Part shown: positions 12,390-24,490 of the stretch, one piece after another
Numbering within the stretch: position 1 is the first letter of the stretch
How the letters are laid out: the number at the start of each line of letters is the position of its first letter
Assembly (NCBI GenBank): GCA_036172245.1
Contig: JAYWIR010000002.1
Span: 5,022,001 to 5,086,000, forward strand
Length of the DNA stretch: 64,000 bases
DNA from: Raillietiella orientalis
Lineage: Eukaryota
Direction of reading: 5' to 3'
Translations under genes and position numbers: made by a program
The notes under the pieces: model-generated
The model's database searches: none
What the model was told of the DNA's origin: nothing
Seen by the model: the letters and a program-made list of their open reading frames with translations, nothing else

Positions 12390-13060
12390 AAATAAACACA
12401 TCGAGTGCCGAAAGTCAGTCCCGTCAATCAGGGATGCAGATCGCTCTGATCCAGAAGCTTCCTTTCTCGATCTTGCGATGCAATGAGGGAATCTGGAAGT
12501 GTGATGAAACCGGTTCCACGGTTTGTGCAACACTTCCGCTCGTTTCCTAGATTCTTTGTTAGGTGGGCAGCTTGAGAGATTTGTGCAATACTTGAGCAAC
12601 GTGACAGTGCAGTGCATCGTCGTCTGGCGCGATCAGGATCCTGCAAGTCCTCCTGATCGCCATGGAGACGAAGAAAAAGAGAACGAATCCAGCAGTTTTT
12701 TTTTTTACGCCGCCATGCTTCCAGATCACATTGTCCGATTCCAGGATACTGTCCTCAGGTTTTCCAGTTCTTTGGCTTGAACTCTGGTAAGCTTCGTGGC
12801 TTTTCATTCGGCTCTCTCAATTGCACCCATGGCTCCTGAGGAGAGGTTGCAATAGGAGAGAGGTGTACCAGTACTTGCCTGCGTCTGCATTTCTCTGATC
12901 TCACCCTCTCTCGATTCTCCACTGGACTCACGACGGAGGAAGGGCCGAAGAGTGGCGATCCCGATGCGTATATGCTGTAAAACACATCGTATAAGTGGCA
13001 GGCTAAGTGGTCAGCTAAGTGGGTCTGCCAGTTCCGAACGTTTCTTCCAGACCGCATCCT
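12390..13060 (-). mobile_element. Decayed LINE endonuclease remnant
   Basis: SGRNVRN...LADHL...YDVF (cf. SWNVRG...DV), CTNLSSCPPN (cf. N.Y.PP), LIDGTDFRHS (cf. I.GGDFN.H), in order. Confidence 0.5.
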
Positions 13061-14156
13061 CTTTTTCCGCGTCCTTATCCTGAGAGTTCACGACCGTGCC
13101 GCGTGGTTCTTGGCGCCGATGAATTCGAGAACCGCTTTCGGTTCCATCTTTGCCATACTGCTTCCCGCAGGGCTTTTACCTCAGGAGGGTCACAGATCCC
13201 TTTGCATCCTCGTCGGTCCTCTTTGCGGAAAATTTTCCTCAGAAACGTTTGTTTCCAGGGAAATTCGTGGAAGTGCCACTGCATCTTCGTTTTTTTTTTT
13301 TTGTGTGTGTGTTTTTTTCCTTCCTTTTTTGCAAAGGTGTGTTCGGGACTGAACAACTCAATTTCTTTGAGCTGCTCCATTCATTGGATGATGTTCATTT
13401 GTCATCCGCCGGCCCTTGGAACGGAACCCGACTCTGACAGGAAAAGACAAACTCTGAAGAGGGAAGCGTAGTGACGGAAGGTCGCAAATCTCTTGCGATC
13501 ACCCCGCTCCGTTTTCTGGAAACGCCGGAGAGTAGGTGTGAGCCGAGCGGCAGCCCGTCTCCCCTCGCGGGCCCTACCCCCTGCCCACCGCGCGCCACCG
13601 GAACGCGGGGATGCCGAGCCCGAGATGCGCTTGCGCGTTCACTCCTTAGCTGATCTTATGGCTTGTAAACACGTCTTTATTGGATGTTTCATAGCGCTTC
13701 CATGGAACGTTCTCTCAGCATCATAAATCATCAAGGTCGCTCTCCTTCGTTTATTTTTTATTTTATTCCCCCCCCCCCCCCGCTCACTCTGAAGCACACA
13801 GATGACTGCCAAAAAAAACTGAAAGAGATGAAGAGGAATTTTAATTGGCGATTGCCACGATTCATTCCAAGCGGAGCAGAGACCTCTTACAAGCGTATTG
13901 CATACACATTATATTTATGTGTGCGCAGTTTTTGTTTTTCTTATGCATTCTTTTCGCTGCAGACTGAAGAAGGCCTTTGCGACTCTTCCACACACGAGGG
14001 ACTACTCAAAAGAATGCTACAGTGTGTAACTCGGGAATGTTAAATAAAATGGAGGCAAGCTTTTTTCCCTTTCCTTTCCAAGAACTGGGATGATTGGATG
14101 AAATTAATGAAGCACTGACATGTTCCTATATGTAACCTAAAAAAAAAAAAAAAATG

Positions 14157-14157
<1 letters not shown>

Positions 14158-14192
<35 letters not shown>

Positions 14193-14193
14193 C
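14158..14193. repeat. (AAC)12 microsatellite
   Basis: Direct reading. Confidence 0.95.
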
Positions 14194-15049
14194 CTTGCTA
14201 ATACTATTATATGTGCTATACATATTATGAAAACAAAAAAAAAATTCGATGCTTGGAATGGGGGATTATTTCTCGAATCCCTCTCGTGTTTGCTTCTCCA
14301 TTTTTGGCTGCCTACGGCCCCTAGTGGGTAATGAGTTTAAATGAGCGTGAGCACCTCTATGTTTCCATTGGCCACCGGTCAGCGAAATCATGGCTGCCCT
14401 CCTCCCTTCCCCCTTCCGAGAAGTGCCGAGACCACTGCTCTTCAAACCTCTTCTTAAGATTATTATTTGCTTGTTTATTTTTTCGTTTTCTTTTTAATCT
14501 CTCTTGGTGCTGCTCGTTTCGGCGCCGGAATGGCGCGTGCGGTGATCTTTGAGTGTTTCCTAATTCAGGAGTGATGCGCTGCTGCGTTCTTGCCCGATAG
14601 GGACCGTCGCCGGAGAGCTCGGAGGGAGTCCCTCGCTCCAAGGGTTAATTCCTTGTTTGTCATCGCGAGCGGGCGACGTAAAGTCGGCATCCCAGTCCAC
14701 TGTCGCCATAGAATTTTCCCTTGATGTCAGGAAGACTCGGTCTGACACCTGTTTGGGCTGCCGTAACAGTTTACTTGTCCCCCTAAGATGGGTGACACTT
14801 GGTTTCACGCTTCAGAATTCACCATTCGAAATTGCAGTTCGGATGCAGAAGGGAAAGCCCCTTTTCCTTGCTCCTCAGGAGTGTTTAGAGGCGGCAATGC
14901 TTCTGGAATATCCAAGTGGAAAGGATGCTTGCTCTGGCGGTTATATGTTGTCCTCTGCAAAGCTGTTTATTTATTTATTTTTTTGCTCCTGGCCAAGGGA
15001 CACACACCTCTCCTCCCTTTCTTTCTGTGCAGCCCAGAAATTCGACTTC

Positions 15050-15600
15050 CTGCTCCTCCAACGTGCAGTTCAAATGTAGTGCTGTTCCTCTTGAGCGTTC
15101 AGCGGTTGCAGCATTTGCAAGACACCCCCACCATTTATGAAAAGCTGGCGAGATACCTCCATGAGCTCCCGTGGTGGGTCCGATTCATTAGGTTTACTCA
15201 GAGAAGCTGCAGACTTCTGGAGGCAACACCCAAAGTTGCGACGGATATGTGCATTGGGAAGTGTGCCTTCCTCGTTCCCATGCTTGCTCCGCGTCTCCAG
15301 GTCTTCAAATGTCCTTAGGGCTTGTCAACTGGATGACTACGTCGACGTAGGCGTTTACTAGTCCCATGTCTGTAGCACTTTCATTGATCTCGAATGAGAA
15401 ACGAGCGTGGCTGGGGCGTCTGTCGAACAACTTCCGATAAATGAATTCTAAACGCCTAATACTTCTTAAGCATCGTTCCTCAAGGAATAGCAGTCCTCTA
15501 AAGTTCTTTCTTATTCGTTTACGTGACGTCGGAGTCATAGAACGGATTGCAAGTGTTTCTGAGATTGACAGTCCCTCTGTCATGTCTTCAGGAACGAAGT
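15050..15600 (-). mobile_element. Decayed non-LTR reverse transcriptase remnant (RTE-like)
   Basis: VPEDMTEGLSI (cf. VPEDWKEG.I), KNFRGLLFL (cf. NYRGISLL), later H.SSWRYL...GV (cf. H..LW..L...GV). Confidence 0.45.
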
Positions 15601-17814
15601 TTTTTTTTTTTCCTTCGTTTTTTGGAAAAATGGATTTTATTTTTTTTATTCCGCTACCTATTTGAGTGCTGGCCTTTGCTTCCTTGGAGATAGGTTCCCT
15701 GAAGGGACTGTGTGTTCTCATCTTGGATGCTTCTGGACAAAGAACACTTTTGGGGTGTCTTCATGCATTCCAGTAGTTTCATTTGTTTTCCCTTATCGAC
15801 AGGACTATATATTATAGGGATATTCCGAAGTAAATTGCCACCGTATGAAAAGGTTTACGAAAGTCTTCGGTGTTGGAGCCGAAGCATCTCAAAAGACTTC
15901 TCTGGAAAGGAACGCGTTGCTCGAAATTTGCATCTCATCCGCACCCATGAGCAGCACGTGCTATTCGTAGCCCCAAAGCAAATTCTCAGTCCGGGGACAC
16001 GCTCGTTGGGGACTTGTTTTAGTCCCAGGGAACAGCGTCTTCTCCTCTGTTTTGTCTCTGAAAGCGTGGACAAGAAGTGGAGCCGAACGGTTCCAGTAAG
16101 AAACCACTCTGCTCCATGCGAATTCCTCCAGGTTTCCTGCTGAGAAAATCACACGATGAGTCTGAAAACATCTTCGAAGATCGCAAAAGCATCGTTGATG
16201 CTCAACTCAGGAAGAAGAATTTCTTGCACACTTTCTCTCTAGGAGTGTGTTTGTCACGTCGGTGAATCTTCTTTGCAGTGGGACGACGCAAAGAGCTTTT
16301 GTTTATGTTTAGGATGATTGATACGGAGTGTCCTTGTAGACTGAAAAGTGGCAGGAAGAAGAGAAACCGTCACAACAGCTGAAATGCAAACGGTTTAAAG
16401 ATTCGCATATAGGCTTCAAGGTTCCTAAGGAAAACAGCCAGGGAGCGAAAACCACAGGCGCTACCAAGGGCTTTTTGCGGTGCTGCTGTGTTATATAAAA
16501 GGTACACCCTGAGAGATACCCGAAGAGGAAGAAGTCACCGGTGATTAAACACCCTTTGCAGGGACGAGGAAACATGGATTACTTTCAGCATTCTGAGTTC
16601 GGGAGCAAACGCAAAGAGTGCGAAAGATCCAACGACAAGATGCGGAGGAGACACGGGATACTTTGAATTGCTCCTGGCGCTTTTCTGTTCCTACTCTCCG
16701 CCGTCGCCAATCAACAACAAAAAGTTATCTGGTACGAAATTCGTGAATGGCATAACTACCAAGAATGCTCGTACGAAGCTTCAGTTCATCAGGAGACTGG
16801 AGAAATTCCAAGATGCCCTTAGCAGACTCGGAGCATTGGTCGGCGAAACGCGGTTCCCGTCTTTAACGAAACCGAGTTTGCTGAGTGGCTGTTGAGGAAT
16901 CATCGAAGAACTAGAACTGTGTTGTGCCAAGAAGAATTTCGAAACCTAGGGTTGGAATTTAAGAGCGGTTTCCCGAGTAACGAAAAATGAGGATGACGAA
17001 GGTGCAGTAGGAATTCGTTCTCTCATCGAGCATTCCGTTTCAAAATGGAATACTTCGGGGCTCAGTGGATGCTGCCACCGGAGCGTACTCAGATCAATAC
17101 GTATTGCCTATACGAATGATCGTTGCAAATTAGATTATTGTGAAATTATGAGCAGGAGCAAACAGGGATGAGCCAATCTCGCGGAATGCAATGAATCACG
17201 GTGAGCGAAAAAAGGGACATCCGTAATCCCTGATGCAAGAAGAAGGATTTTATTACGTACATCAGAGCGGATTCCATGTTCTGTTCACCAGCCAGAGAGG
17301 ACTTCAATATCGTCTGTGCACGTCGTGGCATCCCCCCAGAATCACTTAAACTAGCGATGAAAACATCGATTTCAAGAAATGATTGCTTGAAACAAAGAAC
17401 GAAAGAAGGAAGAACATGGAGCGATGGATATTTCGACGGAACCCCCTTAATCAGTGACAAGTTCCCCGCTGATCGAAAAATGACTGAAGGAGTCCAGGAG
17501 GAATGATTGTGTTGATGCGGTAAGATGAGGTTGTTGCCGAAAGGCGTTCCAGGTTGCAGCTGCAGCCTACGTAGGATGCGCTCACAGGAAACAGTGAGAA
17601 CTGCGGCCCCTACATGGAAGTTTTAACACCTTGCAGCTCTTGTTGCCGGTGTTGACGGGAAAAAAAAAAAAAAAAACAAAAACGTGAAAAAAGAATCTGG
17701 AGCAGAGTTTCCACAGAATCGCAAGGTGGAGAAAGCAAGTTCCTTTGTACCTCGCGGGGAAGAACTGCGAGCAGAGAGTCATTGGGGGCTGGTGACAGCA
17801 TTCTCTGAGAATCG

Positions 17815-18200
17815 GTCTGCCCACCCTCCACCCTGGTTGTCTCCGAAGGAAGACTCTTCCTTAATCTCTATGAAGGGATCCCCCGGTTTGCGGGGCCATT
17901 GTTTATACTTCGAAAGGAACCCGGAAACGCTCCGCTCCTGAAATTTCTTCCCTGGAGGGACCTCCACGGAAAGGATCCGCTCCCTGTTTCCTCTCCTGAA
18001 GAGAATCTCAAAGGAAGCAGCACACTTCTTCACACTCTGGAGACGTACGAGATGATCCATGGTACGAGATGAACCCCCCCTCCCCCCCCGAGGGAGACAC
18101 GACTCCATTTTCTCAACCGGACAAGAGCCCCGAAGGGCCCCTTGATTCATGTAAGGACCCCGGGAGGGTGGACTTCCAATCCCGGCCAATCATCGGGGGC
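17815..18200 (-). repeat. Dispersed repeat-array element, copy 1
   Basis: Reverse complement shares GGAGCGGATCCTTTC, CCCTCC.GG.AAGAAATTTC and CTTCGGAGACAACCAGGGTGG with the copies at ~34 kb and ~58 kb. Confidence 0.8.
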
Positions 18201-20028
18201 ATCCGGTCCTTGCCAGCTTTTGAGAGATCCAATTCAGCGTATGTGATTCATCCACCTCCAAGCATAATGGAATGCTATCTACTTCATGAATGTGTACAGA
18301 GTGTGTTCCCTTGCCCTCCACGAGGGTGTTTTTTATAAAGTATCTTCTTCAATTTAAGCCTAATCGGAATGCTGAATGTTTATTTGTTTATCTATTGATT
18401 TATTTTTTTTTTAAAGAAAATATGCGTCTACTACGGTATCCATAAGTAAATGTTTCCTTTCTCTTCCTCAGACGCTATCGCAGTGGTTTTGCTGTCCCCG
18501 TTCACTGTTTTTTCCAACCCATTTTCATTAGTCGCTACTACTCTATTAATCAGGCGTTAATCACGCGTTGCGTTTATCACATCTAGTGAGAGGCAAAGGG
18601 GATGGCAGAGGACCGCCTGAAAATTCGTACCATCGTGTTCTGCACCACAGTGCACACGTTCCCTGTGGCAGCTTTTAGGGTGCGTTCTTTCTTCCCTCGA
18701 GTAACTGGAGACGTTTCCCCCGATGCTCTACAGAAGGCCTGCAACCTTATTTCGTGAAACTGACATTTCAGAAATCCTGCAAAGCTGCAGGAGGAAGAAT
18801 TTCCATCCGTTGCTCAGGGCAGAATGCGGCCGCGGAAACCCATCTCGAGGGGGTTTTGCTATCAGTCTGTTGATGACAACCAATCTGTACGCACACCTTC
18901 GAGCGTAAAAAAAAAGCGACTTTGGAATTCTCGGGGGTTTCAATTCGGAAACGGTCCCTCTTGTCGAGGTTTCACGCTTTTCGTCACGGGTAGGGTCCAG
19001 CCGAGAGTGTCGTGTCACCCAGTAAAGTGCAAAGGAACACCAGACGCGTTGTTAAGAAACGGGAGACAAAGATATTGAGTAGCAGTGCTTTCCACGTACT
19101 GGTTGCCCCTGGTAAGCACGAGTTTTCCACTCCTTCTGAAGGAAGAACTGAATTCGCTCTCGATGCGGTATCATGCCAGCGGCTTCCCTGGACCTGATGT
19201 GAAAAATTCAGGTACCACGGGGGGGTCTTGTGGATGCTTTGGCGTTCCGCTTCCCGGCTGTGGCCGTGCTGGCACGGCATGGTCCTTAAATCTCGGTGTT
19301 TGGGGCGTCCTTCCTTCCGGCCGAGCTCACCGGCAAGGAAACGGTGTCCGAGTGCTCATGCGCATCTCCTATAAGATGCGCCGGAGGACCCGTCGAAGAC
19401 TTGGATGGGCTTCGAATGTGAGGGTAAGGAATCTGATTGCTCTTGGAAACATCCGGCATGCCCTCAAGATGGACGTCTGCGTCTTCTCGGCTCCCTGTCC
19501 GTTTCCCTGCATGTGCGCATGTGCTCCAAGGAAAGGAGATGCACTCCAGCCATCGGGACATCGGTAGAGGTTTCCTTAGATTTGAAGAACGTGTTCCAAT
19601 CTGGAAATTGCGCTGCCTCCTCTACCCGGACCTATGCTTCTTCATCTCCAAGGAGTGCAGGAAGCGCGATGCAACCGAAACTTCTGTGGATGCTCACCAC
19701 GAGGAGAGGAAAGCGAACCAGAACCGAGTCTTTCTCGTCGTGGAAAAATCGCGGGTATTATAAGGAATCCCAGTTGATCGTAAACGTCGGTCCTGCTTGC
19801 GGATCTCATGGGGATCACGGGTTCATCCTTCAGCGTTGCTTGCCAGACGGGAAACTCAAAAAGAAGCGATGAACACCGTCAGGCCTGTGAGAGTTTTTGC
19901 TGCTTCTGTTATTCACACGTGCCCATTCTGTGCATCCCCACCGCAGATCTGTTTTCATCGCTTTTTTTTCCTTTCTTTCCTTTCTTCCGTTTTTGCATTC
20001 CACGTGTTCTCTTATATGTGCTACCGAC

Positions 20029-20079
20029 GAAGAAGAAGAAGAAGAAGAAGAAGAAGAAGAAGAAGAAGAAGAAGAAGAA
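20029..20079. repeat. (GAA)17 microsatellite
   Basis: Direct reading. Confidence 0.95.
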
Positions 20080-21649
20080 AAAAACAGGATTAGAACATTG
20101 GGGAATATTGCTTTTGGAATTTTTTCGGCGAGGATCTCTTTTCCACATAAAATTTCGGTTTAACAGGATTTTGGTGTCCCGTGGAGGGGGACGAATCCGC
20201 TCGAAAGGTTTTCCGTATGTCCTTCGGACTGCCGGATTGGCGGAGATTCTTGCGTGGGCCGCGAGCTGCGCTGTTCCAGCCTGGAAGGATGCCTGAGGAA
20301 ATCCCGTTCCCAAGTAATAAAAACCGGCTTCCAATTTTCTCTGGGTGCCTCCTTCGTCAGCAGTTTGCTTTATCGTCATTCGATGCAGTTTTCGGCTAGT
20401 GATCGCCAAAGTCCTTTCGCTGGCGGTCTCGGAAGACCTCCGCCATAGGGCGCAATGGGTTGGTGCTACCGGTGCGCGCGTATCCCGCTGAAGTTGGGTT
20501 ATGGCCGGCGTTACCCTACGGTTCTCGGTCCCCACGATCGCGCGCAAAAAAAAAAAAGAAGAGAAAGAAAGACGTTCTTTCGAGAATTTTCGCGTTCGCT
20601 TCTCGGACCAGCGCAGAGTCGCTCGACTGCTGCGTCATTTCCGACTACCAGCATTCTTCAGGTTTGTTTTCCTTTTCCCCTTTTTCGAATCCGTCCTTTC
20701 GCAAATCCTCCCCATGTTCTTCTCATGTTACTCTTATCCTTATAATTGTCTTTAAAATGTCCCCCCGCTTGATTTCCCACGTCTTGAGAACGTTCCCACG
20801 TAATTCCGAAACTTGTTCCAGAAAATCGCTTTTTCCACTCTTACATGAGAAGCCTCGTCAGTGGGGCCCCTGCTTGCGAGTTCTGGCGGTGTGCTTCGGA
20901 AACAGGAGAGGCAGATGAAAAAAGAGGAATGGCACCGAGACTGGTTTTCCAGGGATCTTCGGCACATGGACAATCTTTCCCATTTTTTGAATTCGAACGA
21001 TCCGACGAAACTTCTGCAGTGCAGTGCTTTCGCCCAAGACGTTTTGCTTTACCTTGGAGCGCTCGGGATTCTTTCTCGTTGACTGAAGGTGAAAGGTGCT
21101 GATAGATGAAAGTGCTTTTGTTTTCGTGATAGAAGCGGCTTCGGTAAGAGAGTTGGAAAGGGCGTACGAACCCTCAGGTATCCCGAAAAGCTCCCGGGTG
21201 CACTTGAGACACTTGTCGTTGCGAAATTTGTTCAGTTTCCGAGTCCTTCGCTGCGAGCCACGTTGTCCACCGGAAGAACTGCGCAGTTTTGGAAGCAGCG
21301 GAGCGAACGTCATAAAGAAGCGCTCTTGCTCCCTGAGATGGAAAAGCGTACCGAAGTTCTCTTCCTTCTGGAAAGGTGAAGCAGTCTGTTCCCTGCTGTA
21401 GGAAAGAGGTCTAGTGGCTGCAGCCATTTCAAAAAGGGTGAGAAAGAATCTGGCAGCTTCTGTAAATCTTCGCTGCCGTGCGAACCGTAGAGAAGTTTCT
21501 GCCCACGTCCTGCTGACAAGTTCTTTAACCTCATACCATCGGGATCCCCACTCCGTGATGGCCCTTGTTCTGCATACTTAGGTCTCGGAAGGGATCATTT
21601 GGCAAGAAGACGCTTTCGGTTTGTCACCAAAGACGTTTTTTTTTTTTCT

Positions 21650-22650
21650 TCCGTTTTTGCCTCCTAAGAAACTCTTTGACATCTGTGTCAGGAGACAGCA
21701 TGCAGCCTGGAACGATCACCAAATGCTTTTCCATCTCACTTGGTTTCGCTAAAATGATGAGGATGGGGCCGCACGCTCCTGATAACAAACCAGCCACGTC
21801 TCGCATGGAGGTCCGGAAGACCAAGAGGAAGGGTTCCAACGTGTTCAGATCCTCCATTTTCGGAAGAGGAATGAGAGACTCTTGAAGACGTGGGCAACTA
21901 CGCGATTTCCTCTTGGCATTCGTGCCTGCTTCTCCCTCTAGCCGTACGGGAAGATTTCGAAGAACACCTGGTCGTGGAAAACGTCGGATCACCTGAAATG
22001 CTGAAGAGCAGAGAGGGAAGCCGCGCCTTTGTTGCCATAAACTGCGCAAGAGTGCTTCCATTCTTCGGAGCAATCCCGTAGGTTGCCTCGTCCTGGTATT
22101 CCACTTCCGGTTCTGAGGTTTGTCTCCTACACGTGTCTTCGGAAGCTCGCCTTCGCGACATCTCCTTCTGAGCGCAGAGGGTTCCGTTGCTGGGAGAACC
22201 CTTCGCTGTTGCAAAGAGCGAGTTTTCCCGGTGCTAATTCCGTTGTTGGACTGACTCTCCATTTGGGTCTTTGAAGATCACCTTCCAGCTGCAGGACCTC
22301 AAGTCTTGTCATGGTTCCTGCAAATTGCCTGGAAATAAAAAAAAACAACAACGAAGGGATACATCTATGCGTGCCCTTCTCTGGTTTGTGCACCAAGCGA
22401 TCAGCTTGACCGGTGAGGTCCAAGTCCCAGCAACCGTCGGTCCGTTCAGCAGACCTTGAGGTCACTGCCAGATTGGAGTATGTGATTCTGACCGAAGAGG
22501 CACACAGGGAGACTTGCGCCGAGGTGTGCGCCGCAAGAAGCATATCTCTTGATAACTCTTTCTTACGTGGAATGCCCACGCCCCCTTCCGGTTGCAGCTC
22601 CGATCCGGAATCCTGGCATTTGCATTAGATGAGGGAGCACTATCATAAGG
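21650..22650 (-). mobile_element. Possible LINE EN/RT remnant
   Basis: RARIDV (~22370; cf. SRID), then ESLIPLPKMED (~21870) and VIVPG; weak. Confidence 0.3.
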
Positions 22651-24454
22651 AGGGGAGCTTCGAGCTGCAATGTGGAACGGGCGCCTCAGTTTGGGAGCGT
22701 CGCTATGGATGATGTCACAGCTGCTGCTTTCCGGCGACTTCTTTCTCTTCCGGAGATTCCCTCGCAGCGGGGTCGCAGCAAGGTCCTGGAAGGCGAGGAC
22801 AGTTTCCCCGCAGGGCACGGTTCGCTTTGTTTCGTGATCGGGCGAAGCGGCCCGCCCGGAGACGGACTGCGAGGAAGACTCTCGAGAGGTCGGTCGCGGG
22901 GGATCGGCGATCACAGAACATCTGGGGAAGAGAGGGAGGGAGGGAGGGGGAGAGGAGGACGAGGAGGAGGAGGGGGGATCCACCGCGACCATGATCCATC
23001 CGATTTTCTGCCTGTACGCAGTCCCGGTGAGAGGCACAGTGGGTTCCCCGCGCTACCTGGCCGCCTCTGGGCGGGGAGTGGGTGGACGGAAACTTCGCCG
23101 GTGCAGAGCGTCGCTCGCCCGCCCGCTCCGCATCGCTGATGCATTTTTTTTTTTTTCCCCGTTTTGGAACGTGTCTCTTGGATCCTTGGTGAGCGTTCCC
23201 TATAGGGGGCTTATCTCGGCCTTTTTCGGAAACTGAACACGTTCCTGCTGTCGAACCTGGATCGAGGCCGACCTGTCATCGACAACAGCATCTCGCACGG
23301 GGGATGCACATGGGATGAGATCGGATCGAGTAGTGAACAGAGAATCCAATCATCCACGTGAAAAATGCTCGCAGGTGGAAAAAGGTGGAGGTGATGAGGA
23401 GTTACTCGGAAAGAAGAAGAAGAAAATTTCGGATCGGAGCGACCACTCAAGACCGCCCAAATTCCAGCCGCAATTCAATCAATATAGCCAATCTGTTTTT
23501 TCTTTCTTTCTTTCCTTCTTTCTCCCAAGCGTTTCCTCACGGATCGATTCTCCTATTGCTCCTGGTTGCCACAGAGATAACCGGAATTTCTTGGTACCAA
23601 CGCAGGGCACATCAAAATCTCTTCCAGTGAGGATTGGATTCCGAACGTTCGCTTCGTCGATGAGGATCGCCGCGACGCGCTGCAGCCGGGCGTTTCTGGA
23701 AGTGAAGCTGTGGAGGTTGCAGCGTGCCACCGGAGTGTTTCCGGGTGTTCGTTTTTCGCGGCGAAAGTTTTCTGGTTGCTTTCCGTCACTTGAAGCAGAG
23801 GACCGCCTAGGGGCAGATGGACCAGGGAATTCTTCATTGTCGCCTTTCTGCCACCTCTTCGCATGCAGCGCACCGAACACCGGCTGCGAAATCATCCCGG
23901 CGGTGTTTCTTGTTGGACCGGTGGAAGAAGACTCTGGGAAGGAAGGAAGATAGCGGGTCCAACTCGGGAAACGTCGCGGCTGCTGATAAAGTTCAGTGCT
24001 CTTTGCGCAGTTGGAACGGGAGGTTTGCGTAATCTGCGCCCAGCAGAATCCGAGGCGTTCCTTGCTCTTTTTTTCTTCCCTCCTACGCCGAGATTCTCGT
24101 AGTTTTTCGTGAGTGCGGGAGGATGAATGGGGAAGAGAGAGCAGGAGCAACCGCCGGAGTTTCGCGCGCGTTATCGGATACTGCAGCCGTCCTGCCCTGT
24201 CGGTGCCCTGCCGGCGGATCGGCGAACGACGGGCACGAGGGCCGCGCTCTTCTTTTGCACCTGTCGCTGCTGCTGAGAGATGCCCTCGATTACGCGAAGA
24301 CGTTTCGTGCGTGCAGAATGCGCGCGTCGGTTCGCGCGGTCTCCTCCGAATTTCGCCTGGGTGTTTCCGAAGATCGCAACGAGTCTGAACTTCGAAGGAC
24401 TGATGACAGATTCTCGTGCACAAGAGCGCGTCGTATCCCCAGCAACGGTAAAAA

Positions 24455-24458
<4 letters not shown>

Positions 24459-24486
<28 letters not shown>
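24459..24486. repeat. (CA)14 microsatellite
   Basis: Direct reading. Confidence 0.95.

Positions 24487-24490
<4 letters not shown>

Noticed and set aside
16660..17080. Endonuclease-like words YSPP, GET, WNTSGL on the + strand
   Set aside because: They occur in the reverse of the expected order, so I cannot support a call.
23479..24483. Longest ORF in the track (334 aa, minus strand)
   Set aside because: It starts in a (TG)n microsatellite, has Arg/Ser/Pro-rich random composition and shows no domain.
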